Source: Octopus sinensis
Lineage: Eukaryota
NCBI RefSeq assembly: GCF_006345805.1
Contig: NC_043002.1
Location: forward strand, 6,324,001 to 6,388,000
DNA length: 64,000 bases
Direction: 5' to 3'
The position numbers and the translations under genes are program-made. A model generated the notes under the pieces. It saw nothing but the letters and a program-made list of their open reading frames with translations, made no database searches and was not told the origin of the DNA. Positions 11,989-23,689 of this stretch are shown here, in pieces; position 1 is the first letter of the stretch, and the number at the start of each line of letters is the position of its first letter.

Positions 11989-12460
11989 GCTTCCCAGAAC
12001 CTTATCTATGTCCTAATCTGCTCAGGTTGTCGTCACAATTATATAGGCCAAACGAACCTTACTTTGAGACGCAGAATCACGTTGCATAAAGAACAGATTC
12101 GTTTCTCTCAATACAGGCAGATAGCACTGAGCAGATATATCGACAGATGCGCAAGTAATAAAACGCTGTATTTTCATATCTTCCCATTATACCAATGCAA
12201 AGATTCAACCTCAGTACAAGAACGCCTAAACAAGGAAAACCTGTTCATACAAAAGTACAGACCACACCTCAATATACAAATTTTACCATTTTAAAAATTA
12301 TACAAAGGAGCATGTTGTCCACCTTGCCACCTGTTGCCACTCATTCTTCTTATTCTTCAATCATCCCAAATAACGAGACGCCTCTGTCACGAGAACTGAT
12401 TACTGTACAATGTCCCTTGAAAAGCTAATTTAAATAGCGAAAACTGGTTGGATTTCCCGA
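11989..12460 (+). pseudogene. Penelope-like element GIY-YIG endonuclease C-terminus plus 3' UTR (plus)
   Basis: In frame from 11989: ASQNLIYVLICSGCRHNYIGQTNLTLRRRITLHKEQIR...ERLNKENLFIQKYRPHLN, stop at 12292-12294. Confidence 0.85.
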
Positions 12461-12567
12461 CATCCATTTAATATATATTTATAAAAAGATGATAAACTAT
12501 ATAAAACGAAGGCATTTCTCTTCCACTTTTTATATTTTTCTACATATTTTCAACCTATATATATGGA

Positions 12568-12634
<67 letters not shown>

Positions 12635-12721
12635 CAGAATTCACTAAACCATAAAAGACGAAGGTAGGTGGTGTAGACAACAGACAGAGGTATTAGTTTA
12701 ACATTTGGGAAGTGAAAAAGT

Positions 12722-12757
12722 CTTTAACGTTTCGAGCCTACGCTCTTCCTCAGAAAG
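12722..12757 (-). ncRNA. Minimal type I hammerhead ribozyme motif
   Basis: Minus strand: CTTT-CTGAGGA-A-GAGC GTAG GCTC-GAAA-CG-TT-AAAG (stem I 4 bp, stem II 4 bp, palindromic ACGT stem III, GUU site). Confidence 0.7.
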
Positions 12758-12821
12758 GAACACAGAAAGAAGCAAGGAGAGAAAATAAAGAGAGAAAATA
12801 GATAGTGGCTAGCGATCTATC

Positions 12822-12889
<68 letters not shown>

Positions 12890-12906
12890 ATGCATACATA
12901 CATACA

Positions 12907-13026
12907 TACATACAAAATTAAGAGGTATGACCACCAAGGTGATCTCCTAATATGCTAAAGAAAGACGTTTATATTTAGCATATTAGGAGTCCACCTTGGT
13001 GGACATTCCTCTTAATTTTGTATGTA
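12907..13026. repeat. Near-perfect inverted repeat (53-bp arms, 14-nt loop)
   Basis: 12907-12959 versus reverse complement of 12974-13026: 4 mismatches. Confidence 0.9.
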
Positions 13027-13884
13027 ATATAATTTTTAATCTTTGGACTTTTTAAATATACTAAGCCGCTGGTTTTAATTGATTAATATCAATTTCTAGA
13101 CTCATTATTTAATTTTTATATACATACATGTGTGTGTATATGTGTGCTTGTGTGTGTATGTGTGTGTGAGTAAAAAAGGTTGAATTAAATTTCGTCCTTT
13201 AATTTGGAGGATTCCAAAACAGATTTCTAATATAATTTCTTCAAATTTTGCTGGTAGCTTACTTGCGTAAGTTTGCCAGTACGAAAATGATACTTGTATA
13301 TGGTTTGCTGTGAATTTATGGAAAGGAATGTCATAAAACTCAAAAAATTTGTTAAAAATGGATAAGAGAAGATGTTAAAATGTAAGAGAATTTTAAATCA
13401 TGCAGACGATCGTTTCGAACAGCGATAGAAAAAATCTGCAAATTCATGGGTAAGCAAAAATAATTTATTTATATATCACTGTACTTATCAGTGCAAGAAG
13501 TATAAACAATGTTTTTTTTACAAAGGAATTGATAAAGGAAATAGCAGAGTAGGATTTTGGAGATTCATATTTATCCATATGAGACAGAAAGAAGAGTTGT
13601 GAGTCCAGTTAGGTATTAACTAAAACTAAAGGCTATTACAGTTATTTGAAAATATCCGTCAAAGAGGTTTTAGAGGGCATTCCCTCTATAAATGAGTAAG
13701 GAGATTTGTCGTTCATACTCTAAACAAGACGCGTAGGGTAAAGGTTGTATAGAAATAGTCCACTGGAAAGGCTTGGCTATATTTGAATTGAGATATGAAC
13801 TTACAGTTAGAAACAATACTAAGTGTGGTGCATATTTAGAAAAAAATTTTTATACATGAGGATAAAGTTGATATATATATATAC

Positions 13885-13937
<53 letters not shown>

Positions 13938-14789
13938 CCTCTTACTTGCCAGTCGTTGGACTGTGGCCATGCTGGGAGCACCACTATGAAGTGTTTACTG
14001 AAGCGAATTAACCCTGCTTTTAAATTTGGTACTTGTTCTACCGCCTTCTTTTGTCAAACCGTTAAGTTACAAGATACAGGGAAGTGAACAATCTAAGATC
14101 GGTGGAGAGGGAACAAACAAAAAAAAATCATATACAAAGATATAAATACGTACGTAGCGCACACAGACACTTACATATATAATATTTAGTTGACATTCAA
14201 ATATGTTCCAGACACATTTGACGTGTACTATAGATGTATTTGCTTCTATTTGCCTTTCAGAACTTTTCTCGCTTCTTCACTAGCATCAAACCATATACGG
14301 AGGGCTTCCATATAACTTTCGGTTGCCATTTTACTCCTAAAGCATTGGTTGATCCGTGGCTATGACATAGGTTACTTGCCCAAGATGTCATCACACTATA
14401 AGACTGAATTCGAAACCACTTAGTTGCGAAGCGAATTTCTTTACCACAAACCATACCTGCGCCCGATACATACATACAGATATGTAGGTATATATATAGA
14501 GAGAGGGAGGGAGGGAAAGAGAGAAAAGAGATTAATAGATAAATATATATGTATGTTTATGTATATACATGTATATATGTATGTATATATATATGTGTGT
14601 ATTTATATATATATATATATATATATACAGGTATTTTATATATATATATTTATATATATCTTCAATGCTAATTGTCCATAACAAAATTCACTTTAAAAAT
14701 AAAATCGTTAAGTGAAAAATACTTATATATTATTAATGATGATAATTATGTTTCCATGTTTTTTTTTACTGTGAGTTTAAGCAATGATC

Positions 14790-14829
14790 GTTGTTGTTGC
14801 TATCATTATTATTATCATCATTATTATTA

Positions 14830-14870
<41 letters not shown>

Positions 14871-15052
14871 TAGTAATTTCCGGTCTAAGCAACACTGACA
14901 AAAGTGTCAAACGCTTTATCTGCTGTCAGTGTCATAAACTGAACATTAATAGCTAACAAAGTGGTCATTAGCTGCAAGAGAAATTAACAGCAGGATTAAA
15001 ACTGCGACAGCAGCAGCAGTGGCAGCAGCAGCAGCAGCAGTAGTAGTAGTAA

Positions 15053-15103
<51 letters not shown>

Positions 15104-15211
15104 CAGTGGTGGTGGTGGTGGTGGCGGCGGCAGTGGTGGTGGTGGTGTTGGTAGTGGTGATAATTGTTATAATGGTAGTAGTTTTATATATAATAGTGAT
15201 GGTGGCAGTGC

Positions 15212-15256
<45 letters not shown>

Positions 15257-15334
15257 AGTAGTAGTAGTTATAGTAGCAGTAGTAGTGGTGGTGGCGGTAG
15301 AAATAGCAGCAGTAGCAGGAGCATTAGTAGTAGT

Positions 15335-15378
<44 letters not shown>

Positions 15379-15520
15379 TAGTAGTCAACATGTGTTTTTT
15401 GCTAGTTGTTCCTCTCTTTTTGTTGTTGTTACTGTTGTTGTTGGTATTGTTACTGTTGCTCTCACTTGGTGTTGTTGCTGTTGTTGTTCTGGTTATTGCT
15501 GTGGAAGACTTTCAAAATTG
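14790..15520. repeat. Trinucleotide microsatellite complex (TTA/CAG/TAG/GTG/TTG)
   Basis: Read directly; poly-V/A/L ORFs are artefacts. Confidence 0.9.
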
Positions 15521-16116
15521 ATGATTAACATGGCGTATAATTGAATGTTGAGTTAGTTTCTATTTCGTTCGTATATTATTTTTTGACATTTTTCTCTTCT
15601 TTTTTTTTTAATCACGCTTTTATTTATAACATTCTTTATTATTATGGTTTTCTTATTTACTTCATATATGTATGTTTTAGTGTACGCGTGTTTGCTTGAA
15701 CATGCGAGTGCTCCTCTGTTTGTGTGGACATGTGTCTAAATTTCAATGTATGCATTCTTCAGTATATGTATTGTATGTATTGTATGTATGTATGTACTGA
15801 TATGCGTACATGGATGAGTGTGTCTCTGTCTTTATATGTCAATTTAAACTTGTGCCTATTTGTCTATATGTATGTAAACGTGTGTCTGTATATATACGCC
15901 TGTGTTCCTGTATGTATGAGTGCATATCTCTAAGGTTCTATATGTATGTATCGCTAGGCCTAAATACATTGATATATATATATATATATATACATACATA
16001 CATACATACATACATACATACATACATACATACATACATACATACATACATACACGCATATTCATTCATATATGTGGACATATATATATATACACACATA
16101 TATATATAAATATTCA

Positions 16117-16148
<32 letters not shown>

Positions 16149-16826
16149 CATATATATATATACATATATATATATACATATATATATATTTATATATATA
16201 TACACACAGACACACATATACGTATATATATATATATATATATTGCGTTACATACATATATGTGAGCATGTATGTACGTGTGTGTTTCTGTGTTTGTGTG
16301 TGCGCGCTTGTGTGTGTTTGTGTGCATGTGTGTGTGTTTGTGTGTGTTTGTGTGTGAGTGTCTGTATGTCACTGTGTGTTTACATGTACGCATAGAGAGA
16401 CGTGTGCGAGAAAAGCGCCCTGGCACGAATCATTACATTTCATTAGCTCCTAGGAAGTATATTGACTGGCTAGATAAGTCTCCATGCTAATACGCTCACA
16501 ACAAGACACATGTCTGCTAATGGTTTGTCTCCGTTTTCAATTCACTTACATGACACCGACAGAGATGAAGCGAAATGACCTCAATGGACGTAAATGTTGT
16601 TGTTGTTGTCATCGTCGTCGTGGTTCTTGTTATCGTCATCATCATCATCACCACCACCGTTGTTGTTGTTGTTGTTGTTGCTGTCTGTTCTTGTTTTTGC
16701 TGTTCTTGTTATTGCTACTTCTGCTGTTGTTACATTCATCTTTTCCTGCCGCGGAAAGACGCACTTTTAAACAGTTCCGTTATGGATTACCTTAAGTGAA
16801 TATTTTTGAGTATGCGATATAAATAG

Positions 16827-18071
16827 GCAATATGGAACGAAAACTACGGAACGCATCGTGAAACATGTCAGCAGCAAGCTACCCATAAGCTTTGTTCATT
16901 AATAAATTATTTACCTAAAACACAGCCGAGGCGTGAGCATTTTCTGGCTCGTTCCTACATCATCATCGTCATTGTTCGACCGTGGTCGAGACAATGGAAT
17001 TTACCATGCTACGCCAGACTTCACGGTCCATCATAGCATTACGGAGGTCCTGTTACTGGATGCCTGTATCCCTGGAGGTTACATCAGGGTAGGAGAGGGT
17101 GCGCCCTCTGGTATCGCGAGCAGATGGCAATTTCTAATCTTCTCCTCTGGATGCCATCTACTCGTTCCTACACTGGAAGTGTTCGCGGGCTATTTCAGAG
17201 CAACAAGCTACCAGTACCTATACACATACTTTTCAGAAATGAGCACAAAGCAAGCATATTCGTGCAGGTTTAAGACACACCTACACTAGTGGCATAAAAT
17301 TTGGTAGAAGGAAACACGAAAATCAGTTTCTTAAATGTTGGTAACAATGTTGCCTTCGTGACACAGTATAAGCAGGCAGTCAGGGTTGAAGTTACAAAGA
17401 TTGATATTCGGTCAGCTGCGGTTTCAGTCAACATACAATTTCTTATAACCACCGAATACTACAAGGCCATTCCTGAACTGTTACCAGTTGTAAGTGATGA
17501 AGGAACGGTGATGAAGCTTGTATTTCAGGGAAGTAAGTCGACATGTGTGGTAGCAAAAAGTTCTTTCATGTACTATGTGACTTTAGAAACAGTACGTGCA
17601 TAAAGAAGGAAAGTAGCTGCTCAGGAAATGGCAAGTCTCATAAGTTGCTACAATTCTCAGAGCACCACCGATTGAAGAACAGAAAAATCAGAGGAGATTA
17701 CCTCTCCTACGATATTGGGAACTGACTTGGCCTCTCCGAAGGATACCACATCTTAACCACAGTGATAAATGATGAAGAGTCGCTAATAGCAGCACTGGCA
17801 ATAATCCTAACCAATTCCAGCTCCATGAAATTTGTTAAAATCTGTCTTGTCCCTATTCTCAGAAACCGACAAGCGTAGCTTACCTTCGGCCAATAGTAAT
17901 GCTTCATCATATTGTGACGTGATGCAAGCCACAGAGGAATGGAAAATTACCGGGAAAATTCCTGCTCTAAAGGCGAGTAAAATGCAACAAAAAGACGTCG
18001 ACTCCAAAAGGTTCCATTTCGCATCTGTTAGATATGCACACCAATCCTTCATTGTCCAAAAATTGAATTGA
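16827..18071 (+). pseudogene. Unidentified decayed intronless coding-like sequence, split by the RTE insertion
   Basis: Removing the RTE plus one TSD rejoins one frame (...NYLPKTQPRREHFLARSY|TGSVRGLFQSNKL...NLVEGNTKISFLNVG...) with only ~4 internal stops to ~17750, versus about a dozen in the antisense register; continues via frameshifts to ~18070. No family recognised. Confidence 0.45.
16960..17164 (-). mobile_element. Short RTE 3'-end insertion (same family as 45932-48165) with ~36-bp 5' inversion and 12-bp TSD
   Basis: 16960-17128 matches the reverse complement of ~47993-48160; 17129-17164 matches ~47964-48006 in forward orientation; TSD CTCGTTCCTACA at 16948-16959 and 17161-17172. Confidence 0.9.
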
Positions 18072-18535
18072 ATGACGTAAGAGAGAATGATATACTGGCT
18101 GATGAGAAATAAATAAAGACGGATTACAGGAGATGCTCACGCGACAGACCCCACTCCCTCAAAAATGTCTCCAGAATGTTATCACATGTTTAAGAAGGAA
18201 AAAGCCTCAGAGTGCAGCAGGTTCTTTTTCATTTTATTTCGTCTAAACCCAAAAATGTTGAGAATGCACTTTTGGGTGCTTTCTTCATTAGTACATGTAG
18301 TGGCATGAACAGAAGAGTGTAATATCTTAACCTGACCTAACCCGTGCATTTCCAAACGTGTGGGCGCATAAATGTTATCTTATGCACTTTTTTAAATAAT
18401 TTATTATTTTTTTTATAGTTATTCAGTTGTCACATGTCCCAATTTTTATACATATTTTCTAAGTTTTTATTCTTCGTATAGGTTCCTTACTCCATTCTTT
18501 CCAAGTTTATGTAACTTGTTTTAATTTCCATGCAG

Positions 18536-18732
18536 TTTTGTCACCTGCTTTAGTTGTTAACATTTCCGGGTTTTCCCGGAAGAGGCCAGGGAACAGAAGA
18601 AAGAAGAAAGAAGACATTCACCCAACACCAGAGCTGAAGTCACCTCCAAAAGGGGAGCCCTGCCACGTCAAAACGGTAGAGGAGTCGGGGCCGAAACCGG
18701 ATGTGGTTCCTCCTGATGATGTCTTGAGCTAA
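18536..18732 (+). CDS. Candidate terminal coding exon (K/E/P-rich, unknown product)
   Basis: Good acceptor TTGTTTTAATTTCCATGCAG at 18535, locally raised GC, open frame LSPALVVN...KPDVVPPDDVLS*; no upstream exon identified. Confidence 0.25.
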
Positions 18733-19764
18733 CTGGATCCTATAAAGGAGCTGTTGTGGTAGCAGACCACGAAACACGGTTGTAATTCCTCTGTAGTTGT
18801 AAGATTTAAAATGAGCGTAATTGTCCTCAACGGCTAAAGAAAGGTATATCATCGTAGTTCCTTTTAAGAATAATTTTTAAAAACTTTTATTGAATATTTT
18901 GGAGTTAGAAAATGAAATCAGTTTTTCTTTTATAAATACTTCCATTTTCATTCTACCCTCTGTTTTTATGTCAAAAAAGAAAAAGCTTCTTTCCTTGGAT
19001 TCATCCTTAAGATTGCAGTAAACAAATCAAATCTGCCACCAAAGAAAAGGAAGTAAATGGTAAGAATATATTAATGAACACAGAAACAAATGGCAGAACA
19101 TGTATGTATATGCGTATATACATTACGCGCGCGCACACACACATAACTAACTGAATGACCCGGCGTTTCCCGGGTTACAGCTGTTCATATTCAGATTAGT
19201 AAATAATAAATATAAAAAATATATTCTCATAATTATTTCAAAATATCTATATCCTATTAATAAGTACCCAAATTGTAATGATAATAGAACTGAAAATCTG
19301 TTAATCTTAAAGCACCTCAGGGCAAACAACATTCATTGTGTAACTTTTTTTGGTGTCGAAATAAATAAATTGTTGCTGCTTCCAACTCGCGAGCAAGCAA
19401 CATAGAGTTGGCCATGGGAGAAGCATGTAGTAGAAAGATAAAGTGCAACCATCTTTAGAGATTGGCCATGAGATTTGTTAATTGAAATAACCAAAACTTA
19501 GTTTGACAGGAAACTGAAGCATCTTAAATTCAAATGGTACATCTGTAGGTATGAGAGGAATTTTTGGAATGAAGACATTTTCTCCTTTGTTATGAATGTT
19601 ATGACCACCAGTTATGATTGTTGCCTGTAAGAGATGGGGTTTCATGGAAGTAATAATTAAGCGAGTTCCATTAAACGGATGAGATGGGTCAAGATTCCCA
19701 AGCAAAATAATGGGAGCACCCAACTTTAGTGTCAAGTTATGCGGCGGAATCCGAATGGGTTTAA

Positions 19765-20190
19765 GCCATCATCATCATCATCATCATCGTTTAACGTTCG
19801 CTTTCCATGCTAGCATGGGTTGGACGATTTTGACTGACGGCTGGCGAACCAGACGGCCGTACCAGGCTCCAATCTTGATCTGGCAGAGTTTCTACAGCTG
19901 GATGTCCTTCCTAACGTCAACCACTCTGAGAGTGTAGTGGGTGCTTTTTACGTGCCACCGGCACGGGGGCCAGTCAGGCGGTACTGGCAATGACCTTGCT
20001 CGAATCTTTTACACATGCCACCGGCACAGATGCCAATAAGGCGACGTTGGTAACGATCACGCTCGAATGGTGCCCTTTTACGTGCCACCAGCACGGAGGC
20101 CAGATAGCCGCTCTGGCAACGATCACGCTCTGATGGTGCTCTTGGCACCCTACTAGCACGAGGCTCAAGTGCCAGTAAGGCGACGCTGGT
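19765..20190 (-). mobile_element. SINE-like repeat with (GAT)n tail and internal tandem subrepeats, inserted in the Helitron helicase
   Basis: (CAT)n on plus at 19765-19790, GGTTGACGTTAGGAAGGACATCCAGC core on minus, recurring GCAC..GCC / AACGATCACGCTC units; helicase frame EFL..KP.G.PPHNL resumes across it. Confidence 0.7.
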
Positions 20191-20460
20191 AGGAAATTCA
20201 ACAGGGTATTGAGCAACCTGATCTTGATTGAAAAGTAATTTCTGATGTATTTGTTAACGTTTGAAGAAGTTCATGATTGAGTTTATGCACTATTTCATTA
20301 GTTGGAGCTAGTATAGCTCTTTCACATAACCAGTTTACATCAGTATAATTGACAGAAAAATTCGGAAATACTTTACCCATAAGATCACTAAGAGAAAGTA
20401 TCATTTGACCGCATGTAATTTCATGTTGCTGAAGTCTTGACTTGACTGTTTATATCCCAT

Positions 20461-20697
20461 TACCAATCTTATTTATTTACTGCCCATAAAGGGCTACACA
20501 CAGAGGGGGAAAACAAGGTCAGAGAAACGGATTAAGTCGATTATATCGACCCCAGTGCGTAACTGGTACTTATTTAATCGACCCCGAAAGGATGAAAGGC
20601 AAAGTCGACCTCGGTGGAATTTGAACTCAGAATGTAACGGCAGGCGAAATACGGCTACGCATTTCGCGTGCTAACGTTTCTGCCAGCTCGCCGCCAT
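20461..20697 (-). mobile_element. SINE family A
   Basis: Reverse complement of consensus, inside the Helitron. Confidence 0.9.
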
Positions 20698-23254
20698 AAG
20701 CTCGTATGATCACCTAGTTGAAGTACTCTGATGACCCTTTTAAGATGAAGTCTTTTCACTTGTCTCCAAAGGTAGGATTTTTTTAAGCATGCATTGACCT
20801 CATCGGCTTTTGGTCCTTTAGGGATAACTAGCACCGTTTGGCGAAAATCATCTACAAGAAGAACTGTTACTCCTCCTATGAGCGTGCTATTGTTTTTTTT
20901 ATATCTTGGAAGGTACAGCCAAGCATCTCTGAAGCTCCACAATGTGACAGTGGACTCATGCCAAACAATGAGGTAAGTTTTTTGGAGAACTGTGGCCATT
21001 GCAGAGTTTGGGGAAATATTGCACATTTGAGATTCTTTCATTGCATGGTTTAGAGGGAGCTTGAAAATGGAAGATGCAGTTCTTCCACCGTTGAGGAGGG
21101 TAGCCGCAATACCAGAAGATGCAACGCTGGAAGAAGGTTAGATTTTATTTCCTCCCATTTTTCGATTGCAGACGAAAGTGACAAAAAGATCTGGTTTTCC
21201 CATGTCCTGACATATGTCATAGCATCTTGTGTTCGTTCATGCATATATCGAGGACCATCTGTGAACGATGATGAGAGGATTATAAGTTGTCCCGTGTTTT
21301 GAATATCAACATCTATTCTCAGAGCATCTTGGAGATGAACATAATTTTTAGCACTTAACTTTTTCTTATTGCTACGAATGTTGAGGAGACGTTGACTCTC
21401 AACTTTTGCATAGATATCAACCAAGTATTACTGAAATAGATCACGATATAAGTGTAATTGATTTGAATGTTCTGGTTTTAACATCAGTTGGTAAGAATTG
21501 AAGTCATTTGACGACACCTTTTTGTTTGTAACTGGTTCTATATGCTATAAAATACTTTTTTTTCAGGGAATATTTCCAAAAGAAATATTCCAGCGTCGGA
21601 AATTCACCAATTTAACAAAAATAACTATGATTCACCAATATTACGAAGTACAGAAAGTCAACATTTATGTGGAAGATGTACTAACTGCCATAAAATTCAG
21701 GATTGAATGTGACGATGAAGAAAGTCAAGCTCCAAGAAAATTCAGAAGACATGATTCAATTTTTCTTGTAAAAATAATTCATTATTTTACAATTTTTAAA
21801 CGAACGCTGAATTAAATTTGTAGAAAAGTATATGGTGCTGTTGTGAACGTTAATTAATTTAAAACTTGTTATATATTTTAATTGTGTAAGTTTATATGTA
21901 GTGGAATAAATACAGACTAACGCAGTGAAAAGGTTGCGCCGCGTTGAATACTCACCCTGATAAAGCAGCATAGCAGGAATGCAATAAGGACGCGAGGACT
22001 TTTAAAAAAGCATTATCTTCAAACTGGTTATAAAGGACTGGAATAACATTTCGGTAGTTATATTGAAAGAACCGCTAAGGCTTTCTACTCCGCTAAGTTT
22101 CCGAATTTGTTATAATAACCAGAATAACGTTTTCTCTTTAGATATATTTGCGAGTGTTGTGAGTGCTGTCAAATCAGCAAAATCTTCATGCTGGTTATAA
22201 AAACTAGAATAATACTTCAGTACATAAGTAGAGATAATCGTTAATGCTGTTTAAACCACAACTCTCCATGGTGAAAAGGAAAATGCTAACAGTGGTACTT
22301 CAAAGTGAACGCTGTTGTTAGTTCAACGTCCAGGCCGCAACTAATCTAAATTCTTTCAAAATTGGCGCGTTTCCCTGTTGGGCGGTACAGTCACATACAT
22401 ATACGAAGACAGTCACACACAGACATACGTTCACGCACACCATAGGAATCTCTGTCCCTCTGTGTATCTGTCCGTATCTTTAGATGTGTGTATGTGTCAG
22501 TCGTCACAAAAATGTATGAATACTGACAGACACATATACCTTCACATACACACATACTTATCAGTCATAGGCTTAACGTACGCAACGAACGCGCAAACAC
22601 ACACACACTGACAGGCAAATACAAACTCATATAGAAAATGTGATGTTGCTGTTGTTGTGGTGGTGGTATAAAATGTTGTTTACAATAGGTGACTTATAGA
22701 AATATCATAAGGTTGAATTTTTGTAATGCACGTATGTAAATGAAAACAAAGTTTATTTGGTAGCCGAAAGATTACATCATACCTCAAAATCAGCGACTCA
22801 GGTTTTGAATCCATAAGTTACATACGCACGCCCCCCCCACACAAACTTTCTTTTATATATTAAGATAACGCTCCATCAGAGCGCAAAAGCAACAGCAGCG
22901 GCATGCACTAACGTATCACATCATGCGTAATCAGGAATACCAAAAAATGTTTTTGTGCAAAAGTTTTCTTGAAAAAAATTTGGCAGGGAATATTCTAAAG
23001 AAATATCGAAATCTTTACAGGACCCCATAATCCATCACAGAATCATGAAATTGAAGGAAAGTAACCTTTCTGTACCTTGAAAGAATACAGGAATTTTTTT
23101 GTCTTATCCAAGAAAGAGTTAGAGAAAATCTTAGCAGATATTAACGATGCTATGAAAGACATAAGGCACTATGTGTGCCATTATTAAATCAGAGTGCAAG
23201 GAGAAACTACAAGCCCAAATGGTATGAAGCGCAATTAACCTCTAATTAGTTCCG

Positions 23255-23520
23255 CAGTATTTGGAAAGAAGAACGTGAGTGTGATCGGAAACATTGGTGA
23301 CAATGTCTACCCCTGTTTAGTAGTCAGTTTTTTGGTTAATGAGGGGAAATTGGTTAGTGGAAATGTAAAGTCTGGCGACTCATGGTTGGATAGAGTAGGC
23401 ATGGGTATAGAATCCCTCACGACGCCACAATACAATAGCAGAATAGTGTCGTGTAGAGAGGGTGCTGAGGGAAAGATTTTCAAAGTCTGGATCCAAGATA
23501 GACTATCCGGTTGCAAAAAC
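23255..23520 (-). pseudogene. Decayed LINE (CR1/Jockey-like) endonuclease-region remnant
   Basis: Minus peptide QTLKIFPSAPSLHDTIL...PTLSNHESPDFTFPLTNFP...QG resembles decayed APE-domain sequence; weak. Confidence 0.35.
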
Positions 23521-23689
23521 ACATGTAAGTAAAACCCATCTAAGTTATTTTTGCAAAATAACCACAAAGACCAAAAGCAAGAATATACCGTTGTTATCGG
23601 TCCTATAGCGATAACAGACATAGCTTGTGAGTCTGTAAATGAATCACCCCGCTTCGTTATGACTAGGAGGGGTAACAGTCGATTACAAC

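Larger units (their letters stand above)
19147..21560 (-). mobile_element. Helitron remnant (Helitron_like_N fused to PIF1-type helicase), interrupted by two SINEs
   Basis: VDIYAKVESQRLL, SSFTDGPRYMHERTQDAMTYVR; ASSGIAATLLNGGRTA, DDFRQT, RAILAPTN, NGTRLII, INKSHGQSL, FSHGQLYVACSRVG, NVVCPEVL*; 3' hairpin CCCGG-GAAACG-CCGGG then TTAG|T (CTAG-like) ending at 19147. Confidence 0.9.

Noticed and set aside
13170-13830. Possible very old mariner 5' half
   Set aside because: Only faint peptide resemblance (RFVVHTL); no clear TIR or catalytic motif.
15738-15765. Minus-strand CTGAAGA...GAAA motif
   Set aside because: Stem II register is wrong (no closing pair after A9) and it lies in low-complexity sequence.
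18590-18730. Homeobox-like RRKKTFTQHQ...MWF in an alternative frame
   Set aside because: Two in-frame stops, wrong spacing, no WFQNRR; likely coincidence.
21569-21815. Splice acceptor plus exon (GNISKRN...CGRCTNCHK or GIFPKE...)
   Set aside because: AT-rich, abuts the Helitron remnant, no donor or partner exon, no recognisable domain.
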